NCBI RefSeq assembly: GCF_001194135.2
Contig: NC_068989.1
Coordinates: 78,176,525-78,240,524, forward strand
Length of the DNA stretch: 64,000 nt
Direction of reading: 5' to 3'
From: Octopus bimaculoides
Taxonomy: Eukaryota
Of this stretch, positions 24,761 through 37,229 are shown one piece after another; the first letter of the stretch is position 1; the number at the start of each line of letters is the position of its first letter. A program made the position numbers and the translations under genes. A model generated the notes under the pieces. That model was given only the letters and a program-made list of their open reading frames with translations, was not told the DNA's origin and searched no databases.

Positions 24761-26281
24761 CACATGACCTCATGATCCCTACATACAGTCGCATTTACTC
24801 AACCACACGCACAGACACACATATACACACATACACACACACAGAGTAATAATACAAGACAAGTAAACAACAATACGGTTACATAGTAATACTTGATATA
24901 TCGATTCCTTTACAGCTGTTTCAATATATCCTATCATGTCTTATATTATGCAACTAGAGAATATGTAATATTGCCATATTAACGCCAAGACGTATAAGGA
25001 GATACCTTTCCATTTCCTGTTATTGATATTTGCTTAAACTCTTTCTTCTTGGCAGTTAATACTGCCTGTTCTCACTAACTTGGTGTTTAAGGGAACTATC
25101 CTTTAGCGTGTAATCATACTCATACTCACTATATATATATATGTATGTGTGTGTGCTTGTATGTGTGTCAGAGTCGGTGTGTGTATGTATGTCTCCGTGT
25201 GTGTGTGTGTGTGTGTGAATGTATGTCTCCGTGTTTGTATGTGCGTTCATTTAGTAAAAGTGATATATATATATATACATATATAGATAGATTTATAAGC
25301 ATTTTTTGATTTTTCTAATTAGACTATTTTTCCGTGCATATATTTAATACAAAGTCATCTGTTTCGTGCTTTGATGATGAGAGGGTGAAAAATAAATTTT
25401 GCAGTCTGTGAAATTTATATAATAAAGAAATGTTATTAGTCGATACAATAAACTTCAGAATCATCTAAGTCCTTTTAGAATATTCATCTAAGAAAACCAA
25501 ATCTTGTTAGCGCTGCATTTAATTATTTTCTCATGTCCTGCACAGTATTTTATACGAATTAATCATTCTAAAACATATACAGTACATTATTATGATGTTA
25601 CCGTGTATAGCTTTGCTTTATAAAATTTTATTTTGCGATTATCAAAATATATTTAAATGATAAACATTGTTTTCTATGAAAATTGTTATCATTAAAATAA
25701 ACTAGAAAAATAGAAGAAATATTGCAATATAAAAATTCTTGAATGAATATAAAGCAATTTCGATTCTTACAATAATATTAACTTGGCAAAAAACACAAAC
25801 ATGTTAATAAAAGAATATCACACTTGAGGCTATATCAGTAATTAAAACATTTTAAATCTAGACGTGATCTAGTTATAATTTCATTAAAGAAAATATTCAT
25901 ATATTCGTATAAAATATCTTTCAGTGTTTTATATCCATAGGATAACAGATATAAAGCCTGTAGTCAAATTTTAATGTTCAGTAATATCCTTTTTTCAATA
26001 AGGTAATTATAGAAAATATCTCACTTTGTATCGCTAAAGTAAATATTAAACTGTGAGAAACACTTCTTTTTAATTCCTCTGAGAAACTCTGATATGTGGA
26101 TTCCACGTTATCAGAATGCCATCATGAAAGCATGACGTATGTCACACTTCAACAGTTCCACCTGTGTGATCTTTATTTTCCTATTGATGTGTTGCTGATA
26201 GTGAGTGTAGTTATTTCGCCTCATTTATACTCGGATTTTATACATAAAAGATCAAATGCATTCCGGATATGCAGATACCAT

Positions 26282-26678
26282 ACTCTTTACTCTTTTACTC
26301 TTTTACTTGTTTCAGTCATTTGACTGCGGCCATACTGGAGCACCGCCTTTGTAGTCGAGAAATTCGACCCCAGGACTTATTCTTTGTAAGCCTAGTACTT
26401 ATTCTATCGGTCCCTTTTTGCCGAACCGCTAAGTTACGGGGACATAAACACACCAGCATCGGTTGTCAAGCAATGCTAGGGGGACAAACACACACACGCA
26501 ACACACACAAACACGCATACACATACACATATATACATATATACGACGGGCTTCTTTCAGTTTCCGTCTACCAAAACCACTCACAAGGCTTTGGGCAGCC
26601 CGAGGCTATAGTAGAAGACACTTGAACCCGGAACCATGTGATTGGTAAGCAAGCTACTTACCACATAGCCACTCCTGC
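26282..26678 (-). mobile_element. Family B SINE-like element, near full length, short TSD-like ACCATA flanks
   Basis: Head at about 26630-26678, internal (CA)/(TA) tract and (TCTTTTAC)n-type tail; ACCATA at 26277 and 26679. Confidence 0.9.
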
Positions 26679-27349
26679 ACCATATTATTTGTAATGAACG
26701 ATGTCTTCGCCATTACATTATCCAGTACTTCCCTTACTTCCATTTTCCTAACGGCAATACGGTATGTTGAAACATTTGACAATTACCTCAAAAAGGTCGA
26801 TCTACTAGATAGAGCATAAGAGTTATCATAGCATAAGATGTGAGATTACCACAAGGACAGCAACGATTAAGAACAATACAATGAAAATTAGTGTTTTCTT
26901 TTGTATGTAATTAATCTAACGCAAATTCTAATCACAGCCTCGATTATCTCAAAGCAATTAAAACTAAATATCTGTTTAATACAGCAGTTGAATGCAAAAA
27001 TTACATTAGGCTTAGCAAGTATTATTTCGAAAACAAATCATTTATAATAAGCTGCAATGAAACCCACTGAATATTTTCTTGTATGTTTAATTATTAAAGA
27101 AGAATGCATTAGCGCTATACTTTAGAGTATTTCAATAATAATTAATCAGAAATAACGTAAATTAAATAATCCTGCAATACCCGATTTTTTTTTTTTATAT
27201 TTCTCAATTTAACACTGCGTTTCAAAATTTCATTACGATAGATACGTTCTTTTTCTCAGAAGTTGTTTATAATCACATCATCTCGGTTAATACGCAGAAT
27301 TTAAAGTAATAATTGTAAGTATAAAGCACTTTCTGTCCTGAACATGGAG

Positions 27350-27386
27350 GACACTTGCGATTTTCGTTCAGAAAATCGCAAGTGTC
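27350..27386. repeat. Perfect 16-bp hairpin with 5-nt loop
   Basis: GACACTTGCGATTTTC-GTTCA-GAAAATCGCAAGTGTC. Confidence 0.95.
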
Positions 27387-29238
27387 TTTAAATGTTAAAA
27401 CAATATCACGCTTTAAAATTTTTCAGCAATTAAAATATGCTTAACATTTTAAATTTAAACGTTATCTCATCATAATTTCATTAATGATAATATTCAGAAG
27501 TTCTTATTAAATTTGAAAAGTACACACACACGCACACAGGCTCGCATATACACACACATACACACACACAGACACGCTTGCACACACACACACATAAATA
27601 TAAATGTAAATATAAATATATATATATATATGTTCTCGTACGCGACAACGAATATTTTGGACATGCATACTTAACTTTCCAAGAAATTACCAGAATAAAT
27701 AAAATGAGAGAGATCTTGTTAACATAGAGTATATTTCCTTACATTCTTCTGTCTTTTTTAGAGAAGACAATATATATGTATCTGCATTTGTGAAGGTAAA
27801 CCACCTCACACACACACATATATATATGACATGCGGACATAATGTCTTCTTTAGCATCGTTTACTTACCCGTGGGGCCTAGTTTACTTACTTGCTGTAAC
27901 ATATTACATTGTATTATACATGACGTCGCTATAAGTTGTCACCCAGCTTATATGTTGATATTATTTTTATTAGATTTTGTTACATAATTCGTCGTAGGTG
28001 AATCACTATTGTAACTTTCAAACAACGAACTACCGCCCTATGGATGTTCTTCCAATACGTATATTAACATCTGCTGTGTGTCTGCGTATGTCCATAGAAT
28101 AATTGTTTTGTTGCAAAGACCATCTGGATATTTGTTTTAGATATTTATTCATCCACCCGATTTCTCTGAAGTTGTCTACAGTTAAATATTTTCGATAATA
28201 TTTAATTGCAAAGACTGTTTTTCAAGAATACCAACTGTAATGTATTCATTGTTTTCGGAGAATGAGAACATAGCAATGGCGTCGTAATTTTCCTCGAGGG
28301 CAAAACTATATGTAATAATAAACTAATGTTTTTTTTTAATTCCTTTGACGTAATGTAAATCATAGCTAAAGTATACAGAATGTTTGAGAGAAAAGACCAT
28401 ACTTGGAAATAAATGGAATCGCAGTCAATATATTACACTACTAAGAGATTCCTATAGATTATGAACTTTACAAATCATAATGCAGTTAAAGTATGGAATT
28501 CATTTATAAATCAAGGTCAAGTACCATTAAACTTTGATGAAATACTTTCGAATAATTCATTCTTTATTCGATTCAATTATAAATAATACCTCACTAACAA
28601 CTCAAAAATTACATTTTTTTTTCGATGCTTCCTTGCAACAATTGAAGATTTATATTAGATCCCATGGCAAAACTTGGATATAAATTAACATAAATGAATT
28701 CATTCAAGAAAAACATTCTTGACTTTAGATACAGAGAGGTATGCTTTTTAGAGAGTGGGTTATTCTATGAAAGAGAGATTCTTTTCTTGAGATAATATCT
28801 TCTTTGTCAGTTAATTCTGAATTCTATCGTTTTAGATGCAGATGTGTATACACATTTCATTAACTCAAATACATTTCCTGCCTAATTTACATTTAAACCT
28901 TAATTTACGCAATCATATGATCTCTGTAGATCACAGAATGTTCTGTATAATCCTCACTATAACATCTATTATGATTCGTTTTAAAATTCTAAGAGAAGGG
29001 TTTTATATTTTGAAGCATACAGACGCCTAATTGGCAGGAACACTACGTAGTATCTACATTGGTTCCTTAACATTCTTGATTCCATCCTTCAGATTTCATA
29101 AAATACCCTTTGTTGATTCATGCAGCCAGCACTCCCCTCACAACTTCATAGTATTGCTCTGTGTCTTAGTACAATACGAGTTGTATTTACAACATGAAAA
29201 TAAAAACAAAAATATTAACTTTAGTGTTTCGTTAGTTG

Positions 29239-29281
<43 letters not shown>

Positions 29282-29861
29282 TTTTGTATTTTGTGAAAAT
29301 AACCTACTGTGAAAGTTACTTGCTATTTAAATATGAAATAGTTTGTTAATACCATGAGCATTATATCTGTTTATTCACCGAAATTTTGTGCTATAAAAAA
29401 ACATTTATCAGTACTATCATGTCTATTAATCAGTTCGAAAACCATAAATAAAATAGAAAGATTCTAGATTTTAGTTTTAAATTATGTTTCAAGATTTAAA
29501 TCATTATAAATTTAACTAGGTACATAGTACTAGCAAATTAATAGTGAATAGGTAATGAAGGAAACTCTCTAATATGTGGTATGAGTTACACTAAAGCTAG
29601 AAGAGAGTTCAGAGCAAGTCAACTTGTTGTCTATTTTAAGACGTTAGCTTCGTTATCCAGAATTTACGGATTTGGACACACTTCGCGGCATACGACTTGC
29701 CTATTTCCTGTCGTAGCATCGGTTACAAACAAAGTTTATATATGAACCTGGTAGGTGGAATCCATGTGATGGTTTGTCGGATAGATATGTGATACGAAAT
29801 ATCTATATGCTAAACATTGTACTACGCTCATTCTATTGAATTTTTACCTCAAAATCGGATG

Positions 29862-30225
29862 TGCCTTGGTTCCTGATTCAGTCCCACTACGTGGCACGTT
29901 GGGCAAGTGTCTTCTACTATAGCCTCGGGCCGACCAAAGCCTTGTGAGTGGATTTCGTAGACGGAAACTGAAAGAAGACCGTCGTATATATGTATATGTA
30001 TATATACGTGTGTGTTTGTGTGTCTGTGTTTGTCCCCCCAACATCGCTTGACAACCGATGCTGGTGTGTTTCCGTCCCCGTAACATAGCGGTTCGGCAAA
30101 AAGAGACCGATAGAATAAGTACTAGGCTTACGAAGAATAAGTCCTGGGGTCGATTTGCCCGACTAAAGGCGGTGCTCCAGCATGGCCGCAGTCAAATATC
30201 TGAAACAAGTAAAAGAGTAAAAGAG
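29862..30225 (+). mobile_element. Family B SINE-like element, well preserved
   Basis: TTCAGTCCCACTACGTGGCACGTTGGGCAAGTGTCTTCTACTATAGCC..(TA/TG)..GACTAAAGGCGGTGCTCCAGCATGGCCGCAGTC..GTAAAAGAGTAAAAGAG. Confidence 0.92.
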
Positions 30226-30229
30226 AATG

Positions 30230-30720
30230 TTTTGACTCGCGGAAGGGGTTATAGAGATAGTCTCAATATGCCCTCACAGAAAAATAGGATCAGAGACGTA
30301 GTAAGCATCCTAGACATGTAAGAACCTTCTCAGCGAGTGAACTTGCTCAGACCGATAGGATCATTATTATTTTACAGTTGCAAATCAAAGACTGCTCAAA
30401 ACGAAAACATTTTAGAAGAGGTAATTGTAGATATATGCTGTTATGAAGGAAAAAAGGACTGGTTGTACAGCTTCATGGATGGTCTGAACGAAACTAAATA
30501 TGCTGGACGAAAGAAAGATATATAAGAGATTCAGAATTGTCTGAGAAGTTATACGTGACCAACCAACACGGAGAAGCAGAAGCTATTACTATCACAGTAC
30601 AGCAACAAGGAGAGGAGACTGCACAACTGAAAGCTAAAGCTTTAAGCGAAAATGTGCTCGATATAATCGTTGAATGAGTATGGGAGAGATAGTTATGTAA
30701 GCTGCCAAACATCTAATTTT
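30230..30720 (+). mobile_element. Possible degraded LINE endonuclease-region fragment (RTE-like)
   Basis: The DRIIIILQLQI-like segment resembles the APE-domain DRII..L motif; heavily decayed. Confidence 0.3.
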
Positions 30721-31344
30721 CTTTAAAAGAACGTACGCTGTGCCAATTGGAATCTAGATAGCTTGACAAATGTACGGTCATTAATCAATAATATCGGCTG
30801 ATCCATCGCTCAGCAGTCTGATACTATATACCTCGCCTAGTTTCCCGCCGAAATAACCATAGGAAACACTTTATTATATTCTCATTTACCTCACGTATCA
30901 GTGTGATAAATATTTAATTGCGATCAACAGTTCTGGTTTCTGAAGTCGGAAAATTTCTGCTGTAACGTTCTAAACTGTCATCATTCAGAGATGATACAGT
31001 TAATTGTACCTTAATTTATGGACGAGACTAACGGAGAGATTTCAACCTACGCAACAAGGTTTTAATTTGGTGCTGTATTTGCGAAATTGAAGTAATATCA
31101 TAATAGACACCATGAGATAACTTGCATCTGCGTCTTTAAATGATAAATGAAACTACTTTTGCATTAGTTAAACTATGTGTCTCCTTCTACGTACCGGAAG
31201 AAATGTTAAGAATGTTTCAGACTAAACAACAAGATCTACAGATAACACTGCACATATTTTCGAGGTCACATTTCACACGAAAATGCGACTTAAGCCAATT
31301 TTTTACATTTTAATAATGTTTAAATAACTATTTTAACCACTATT

Positions 31345-31670
31345 ACTCCGGCTCAGTGGTTAGTGTGTCGGGCTTTCGATCATGGGATAATGAGATATTG
31401 AGTTCGATTCCCTGACCAGGCTGTGTGCTGTGTTCTTGAGCAAGGCACTTTATCCAGTTCACTCAGCTCTAGAAATGAGTTGAGACGTCACTGGTGGCGA
31501 GCTGTATCGGTCTTTGCCTTTCTCGTAGATAACATAGCTGACATGGAACGTGGAGTCTGATATGCATGCGTAACTGCTGGTCTTCCGTAGACAACGTTGC
31601 TCGGACTTGTGCCTCGGAGAGTAACTTCCTTTATGCAATGCCATGGTCATTCATTACCGATGGTGGGGGG
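31345..31670 (+). mobile_element. tRNA-headed SINE-like element (family C-type head, different body)
   Basis: GGCTCAGTGGTTAG..GAGTTCGATTCCC..TGTGTTCTTGAGCAAGGCACTTTAT head. Confidence 0.75.
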
Positions 31671-32299
31671 GGGACTTTACTTTTACTTTAAAGTAGGAAA
31701 CAGTGATTAGTGAATGCATACAGATGAACATCATTCGCCCGGCAATACCATCCTGAAGCTGATTTGATACGTTCTCATCAAGCACATGAACGTCAATTTA
31801 TATACAACACGTGTATTAGTGACATTCATTTTTGTATATGATAGACGCTACTTTCACATTGGCCCTTCATCGATAGAACGAAAAGCCATGATGTAAAATA
31901 TCAACGTAGAATCAATCATCCATATTCTGCCGTCCTTTAACATTTGAGCTTCAGTCAAACTTACAAAAAGGGTTTTATTTAAAAGCAAATAGAACATATG
32001 CGTAAGTATATAGGTGTGTGTGTATGTGTGTGTCTGTGTGGGTGTATTAATATGTATATGTATGTATATATATATATATATGTGTGTGTGTTTGTATTTA
32101 CTTATTTATTTACTCCTATTCATTAGAAGTAACGGAGTGACACAATGTCCAGGATTTCATGCGTTGGCACTTATCAAACTAGTTACAGGTTGAAGGTCTG
32201 CGTGGTTATATAACTGTTGATAAATACATATATATTTCCCTATGGAATTATTATAATTCTAGGACAAATTATAATAATGTCACGTGGATTTTACTTTTG

Positions 32300-32715
<416 letters not shown>

Positions 32716-32884
32716 AATGCAAAAAATTCAAGAGTACACGCGTTATATCGTTCAATAATCAAATACATTGGTAAACAAGAAAGACACAAATAGGGAAAAG
32801 CGAAACAGAATAGTGTGTGTGAAATCACACACACATACACATGCTCATATTTACACACACACATACACAAATACATATATCCTT

Positions 32885-32980
32885 TTCTACTCCAGGAACA
32901 AGGCCCGAAATTTTTGGGGAAAGGGCCAGTCGATTAAATCGACCCCACTACACAACTGGTACTTAATTTGTCGAACCCGA
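32885..32980 (-). mobile_element. Family A SINE-like 3' fragment
   Basis: CAGTCGATTAAATCGACCCC..ACTGGTACTTAATTTGTCGA. Confidence 0.7.
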
Positions 32981-33243
32981 CAAACACATTTGCACGTGCA
33001 TGAAGAAATATACGCATATATACGTAGATGTGGTCATACAGATACATACGTGCACGCGCCCGCGCCGCGCAATTAGACAGGATAAAGTATAGAGGATACT
33101 CCTTGTTGCAAAGATACAATTTGGCCTGCTGAGGGTGGGATTCTCTCTTTCTCTCACTCTCTCTATATATATATGCACACACACATATATATATATTTGC
33201 GCGTGTAAGTGTATGTGTGTGTCTATGTATGCATGCATACGCA

Positions 33244-34215
33244 ATGGGTTGGCAACAATGTTATTACGGTGTTTTAGTGTGAAATAAAAGTCATTTTTTT
33301 TCACACAAAGAATGAACTTTCATCAATTATATATTTTTCTATTTTGCTCGATGACAATTTGCCATTTTTTTGGCAACTGTATGATTCCGCGCTCATAGAA
33401 CTTCTGGTCCTTATCAGCCAAAAACTGAAGCAAGTGCGATTTCAGGCCATCAATCATTATTGAAAGTTTTATCATTGAAAGAATTCTGAAAACTTCGAAA
33501 TAAATGGTAATCTGATGGTGCAAGGTCAGGGATATATGGTGGATGTGACATCACTTTCCAACCAAGCTCCAATAATTTTTCATGAATTAGAAAACACGTG
33601 TGGTCTAGCGTAGTCACGGTGGAACACGATTCCTTTAGGATTTTGCAAATTTTTGCCGTTTTTCTTTCATTATTTCCTCCAGTTTCATTAGCTGTTGAAA
33701 ATAAACCTCTGAATTGATCGTTTGGTTCCTTGGAAGGAGCTCAAAATTCACAACACCTTTTTAATCTCACCAAATGGACAGCATGGCCTTTTTTATGCAA
33801 TTCAGCTTTCGATGTGGGGTGTTCTGGTTCATTACAGTTGGACCACGATCATTTTCGATTGATGCTATTGTAGACAATCCATTTTCATCACCAGTGATGA
33901 TTCGTTTAAGAAAAAGGTTGACTTCTTTGCATTTGAGATGTCTATCGCAAACATTATTGATTCGCTGTGTTAAGTGAATCTCTTTCAATTTATGTGGAAC
34001 CCAAATATCGGGCTCCTTAACGAGTCCAAGACATTTTAAGTGATTTTCAATTATGGTGGTGTGTGATACATTTAACCTCTCTGCAATCTCTCGTTCAGTT
34101 ATGTGACAATCAGATTCAATTATGGCTTCGATTCGGTCATCAACTTCAGCAGGTCGACTAGAACGTTGCTCAACTTTGAGTGAAACATTTCTGGAACGGA
34201 ATTTTTTAAACTACT
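33244..34215 (-). mobile_element. Mariner transposon relic
   Basis: The minus strand gives DIWVPHKL, FLKRIITGDE, KAMLSIW and KFYERGIIQLPKKWQIVIEQN. The end ATGGGTTGGCAAC resembles the TIR of the 5085-5919 copy. Confidence 0.9.
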
Positions 34216-35096
34216 TCTGACATGTGTGTTCTGTTAAGTAATCAACACCATAAACTTAACATATCTCTTAATGAATCTCTGCAGCTTTATTGTCTTTACG
34301 GAAATAAAAAAGTAAAATATAGCGAAAACGTTCGTTTTTGCACTCATTGTTAAAATTGTTACTGAACTAACAGCTGTAACCGAAATTACGCGCAGTTTGC
34401 TTCTAAAGTAAGCTAAACAAAAACGGTTATCAAATGTCAAAAAAAAAAATAATAACATTGACAAAAGTCATTTAAAAAATCGTAACTCTATTTGCGAAAA
34501 ACAAAATTACTTTCTTGCAAGCCCAATACTTTTCTTTTGGTTTTTATTTGGCAAGTACCATAGAATACATAATTTCGTGATATTGATGATGCTATTCATC
34601 TAATCATTTGATTTGATTCTCACAACAGGTAATATCACTTAATAATCACGGATAAATTACACGCGACATATGCATTATCTTGTAATAACTTTAGGTTGTT
34701 TTTGCTAATAAATGATTTTATAGACACTTGTAATTAAACAATATGAAGCTGTTACATTTGTTGTTCTTGTCCTTCCTTTTCTTCCCCTGGTTTTCATCAA
34801 TTTCTTTTTCAGTACGTAAATTAATCTAAAACAAAATATAAAATAAGAGGGTACAAACTCTAGCAATTCAAGTTACACTTAAAAGACAAGATACGAAGAT
34901 ACATAATTGAGAATTGAACCTCGTGTGGTAAAGCGATAGAGTCGATTTCTACGGCACTATGGACTAATTTTTGCCTTAAGGATCTACTGGTATAAATCAT
35001 GCCCAATAAATCGATATGCGTATCAAGAAATATTCGAGAAAGTTTGTGTCTTATTGGTCAGAGATATTAACCAAGCAAAGGCAAAGAGAAAATTAA

Positions 35097-35411
35097 TGTA
35101 ATTGCTTTGCAAAGTATAAAGAATGTGCGAGGTTTGGCCATTGCTATCAAGACATATGTCCTGGTAGCAAGAACTCTTTCACGGGGATACATGGAATATG
35201 GAATTATGTGCTGTTACCTAAGACCGAGGAAGATGCGAGAAACCATGCGCAGAGAGTACTTTCTAAGGCTGTCGGTATGTTGGTACCTCAGTATGTGTGT
35301 AAGAAAATACAAGTATCTGGACCATTAAATTCTTGGCATGCTGCTATTGTTGCTGAACAATACAGGCTGGTAGGAGTAGAGAAGCTTCCTGCAAGATATG
35401 TTTTACCATAA
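35097..35411 (+). CDS. Orphan coding-like segment (104 codons to TAA), possibly a terminal exon; product unknown
   Basis: Open frame CNCFAKYKECARFGHCYQDICPG..WNYVLLPKTEEDARNHAQRVLSKAVGMLVPQYVC..WHAAIVAEQYRLVGVEKLPARYVLP*. It is visibly GC-richer than the flanks, has no repeat motif, and AATAAA lies about 120 nt downstream. Confidence 0.5.
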   Translation, partial: CNCFAKYKECARFGHCYQDICPGSKNSFTGIHGIWNYVLLPKTEEDARNHAQRVLSKAVGMLVPQYVCKKIQVSGPLNSWHAAIVAEQYRLVGVEKLPARYVLP

Positions 35412-36834
35412 GTAATTTCAGAAAGTGGTGTTACGTTAATACATTTTCATACAAGGTATGAAATATTTTAAGCTATAAAATCGAGTCTGTACAAGATAAA
35501 GCATAAATGAGCAAACCAATGCAATCTCTAATAAACGTTACACAGACGTCTGATCTTATCTTGTGACAAGCATTCCACAACAAAACGCTCTGAATCGAAA
35601 TCGTTTCCTCTCAACAATGAAGAAATTTATTTTTGCAGACAACTTATAGATGTAAGAGAAACCATTTCATAACACTGCATAGCGGATGCTAGTAAGCTTA
35701 TTTTGAACGTCAGGAGAAGATAAGCGCTGCTTTGGGGCCTTTCTCTTTACGGCATTATTGCGACCACCACCCTCACAGAATTGAGGTCCCGCTTACTAGA
35801 TCAACTGGCTACTAGGTTTCGCTCAATATTCGTCGCTTTTTAACCAAATATAGCAACACATATTCAAAGAGATCATAATACCGTTATAAAATTGAAAATG
35901 ACTCCCTTGACTTCCAACAAACTATCTTCAACTACGTAATATTTCCCTGCTCACAATTTGACGTTTTGGCAAATAATTCGTCGTATTATTGGTATTAAAG
36001 CAGTTGATCTGTAGATAATTGTGTCACCAGTAACACCGCCTTCCGGCAATTAGAAGGTGTTTAGTACTATCATGCTTACGTCAAATTTTGTCTTTCATCA
36101 TTCTTGTATGGTCGATTAAATAATTAGCAGACAAGCACTAATTAAATCGATTATTCCTTTTTTTCCAAATACTTTGTTAATATAACCAGTAGTAGTAGAA
36201 CACAGCATTATTGATGTTAAATTTTAGCATACGTGTGTGTGTGTGTGTGTGTATGTGTGTGTGTGTGTGTGTGTGCGTGCGTGTGTGTGTATGTGTGTAT
36301 GTATTTATGTATGTATATGGGAGAGGGATCATTCGACTGATTTCTCCCCATATAGAATTGGACTTATGTATAGTCTCCTGAAGCATGAATAATAATTTAC
36401 GCTGAGGTTTTAGGTGAAGTATTAATCACTCCATAATTTTTACACTGCTGTAAGAAGATAAACCTAAAACTGGGTACCAATAATTTGTTTCTCTGAAATT
36501 AGACGGCAGTCATGTGATTTCGGTCGGGTACTACTCTATAGCATTTTGCTGTTACTTTGAAGAAGCATTTAAAATAACTGGACCAGATTCATCTTTCGGA
36601 AGACAAGGTCAAGTTGAAAGGCCACAGGTCGTGATTGAGTCACTGAAAAGACCGGAAGTCATTAATTTATAATAATTGATTTAGAACCGTCGATGCATAG
36701 AAAACTTATAATTCCTTTGCCTGGTCGCTGTGGCGAAAGAGGTTGTTTAGTGGACGATGCTGAAAAGCAAGCAGACAGAGACATTCCTCTTTGGTAGAAT
36801 CCACATCGACTTCTTCAAGTTTTACTTCAACAAC

Positions 36835-37229
36835 GCAGTATTCTGTGTTGTAACACAACATCCACTTTTAAGTAGGAATGAATATTGCCTTTTGGTATTA
36901 ATACTACTTTTGTTAGTATTAGTTATTTTTTTTTTATGAACCCATTGGCTTTTTTTTTTATGTACCCGAAGAGCCACTGAGGTTCTATGTATATCGATGA
37001 CGGGAGAATCACTGCTATCCCTAGCCACGGATATCTGCTATTCACAAGTCCATGGAAGGCCGAAATCACATGATTTTTCAATTCCGAGGCTTTCGTGGGC
37101 CATTACTTCGCACTAAGTATATAGACACGAATATGTGTACACGAGTCCGTATGAGAAGTTCTTTAATGATAACTATAGCAGTATTCTGTGTTCTAACACA
37201 ACACCCACGATTAAGTGATGGTAAATATT
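36835..37229 (+). repeat. ~52-bp direct repeats 343 bp apart enclosing a decayed hammerhead-like motif
   Basis: GCAGTATTCTGTGTT(G/C)TAACACAACA(T/C)CCAC..TTAAGT at 36835 and 37178. Confidence 0.75.

Noticed and set aside
27350-27400. Helitron 3' end suggested by the hairpin
   Set aside because: No CTRR terminus follows at the expected distance on either strand.
31345-31420. tRNA genes (A/B-box heads here and at 12500, 13473, 56610, 59990, 63311)
   Set aside because: No complete cloverleaf; each head runs into a repeat body, so these are SINE heads.
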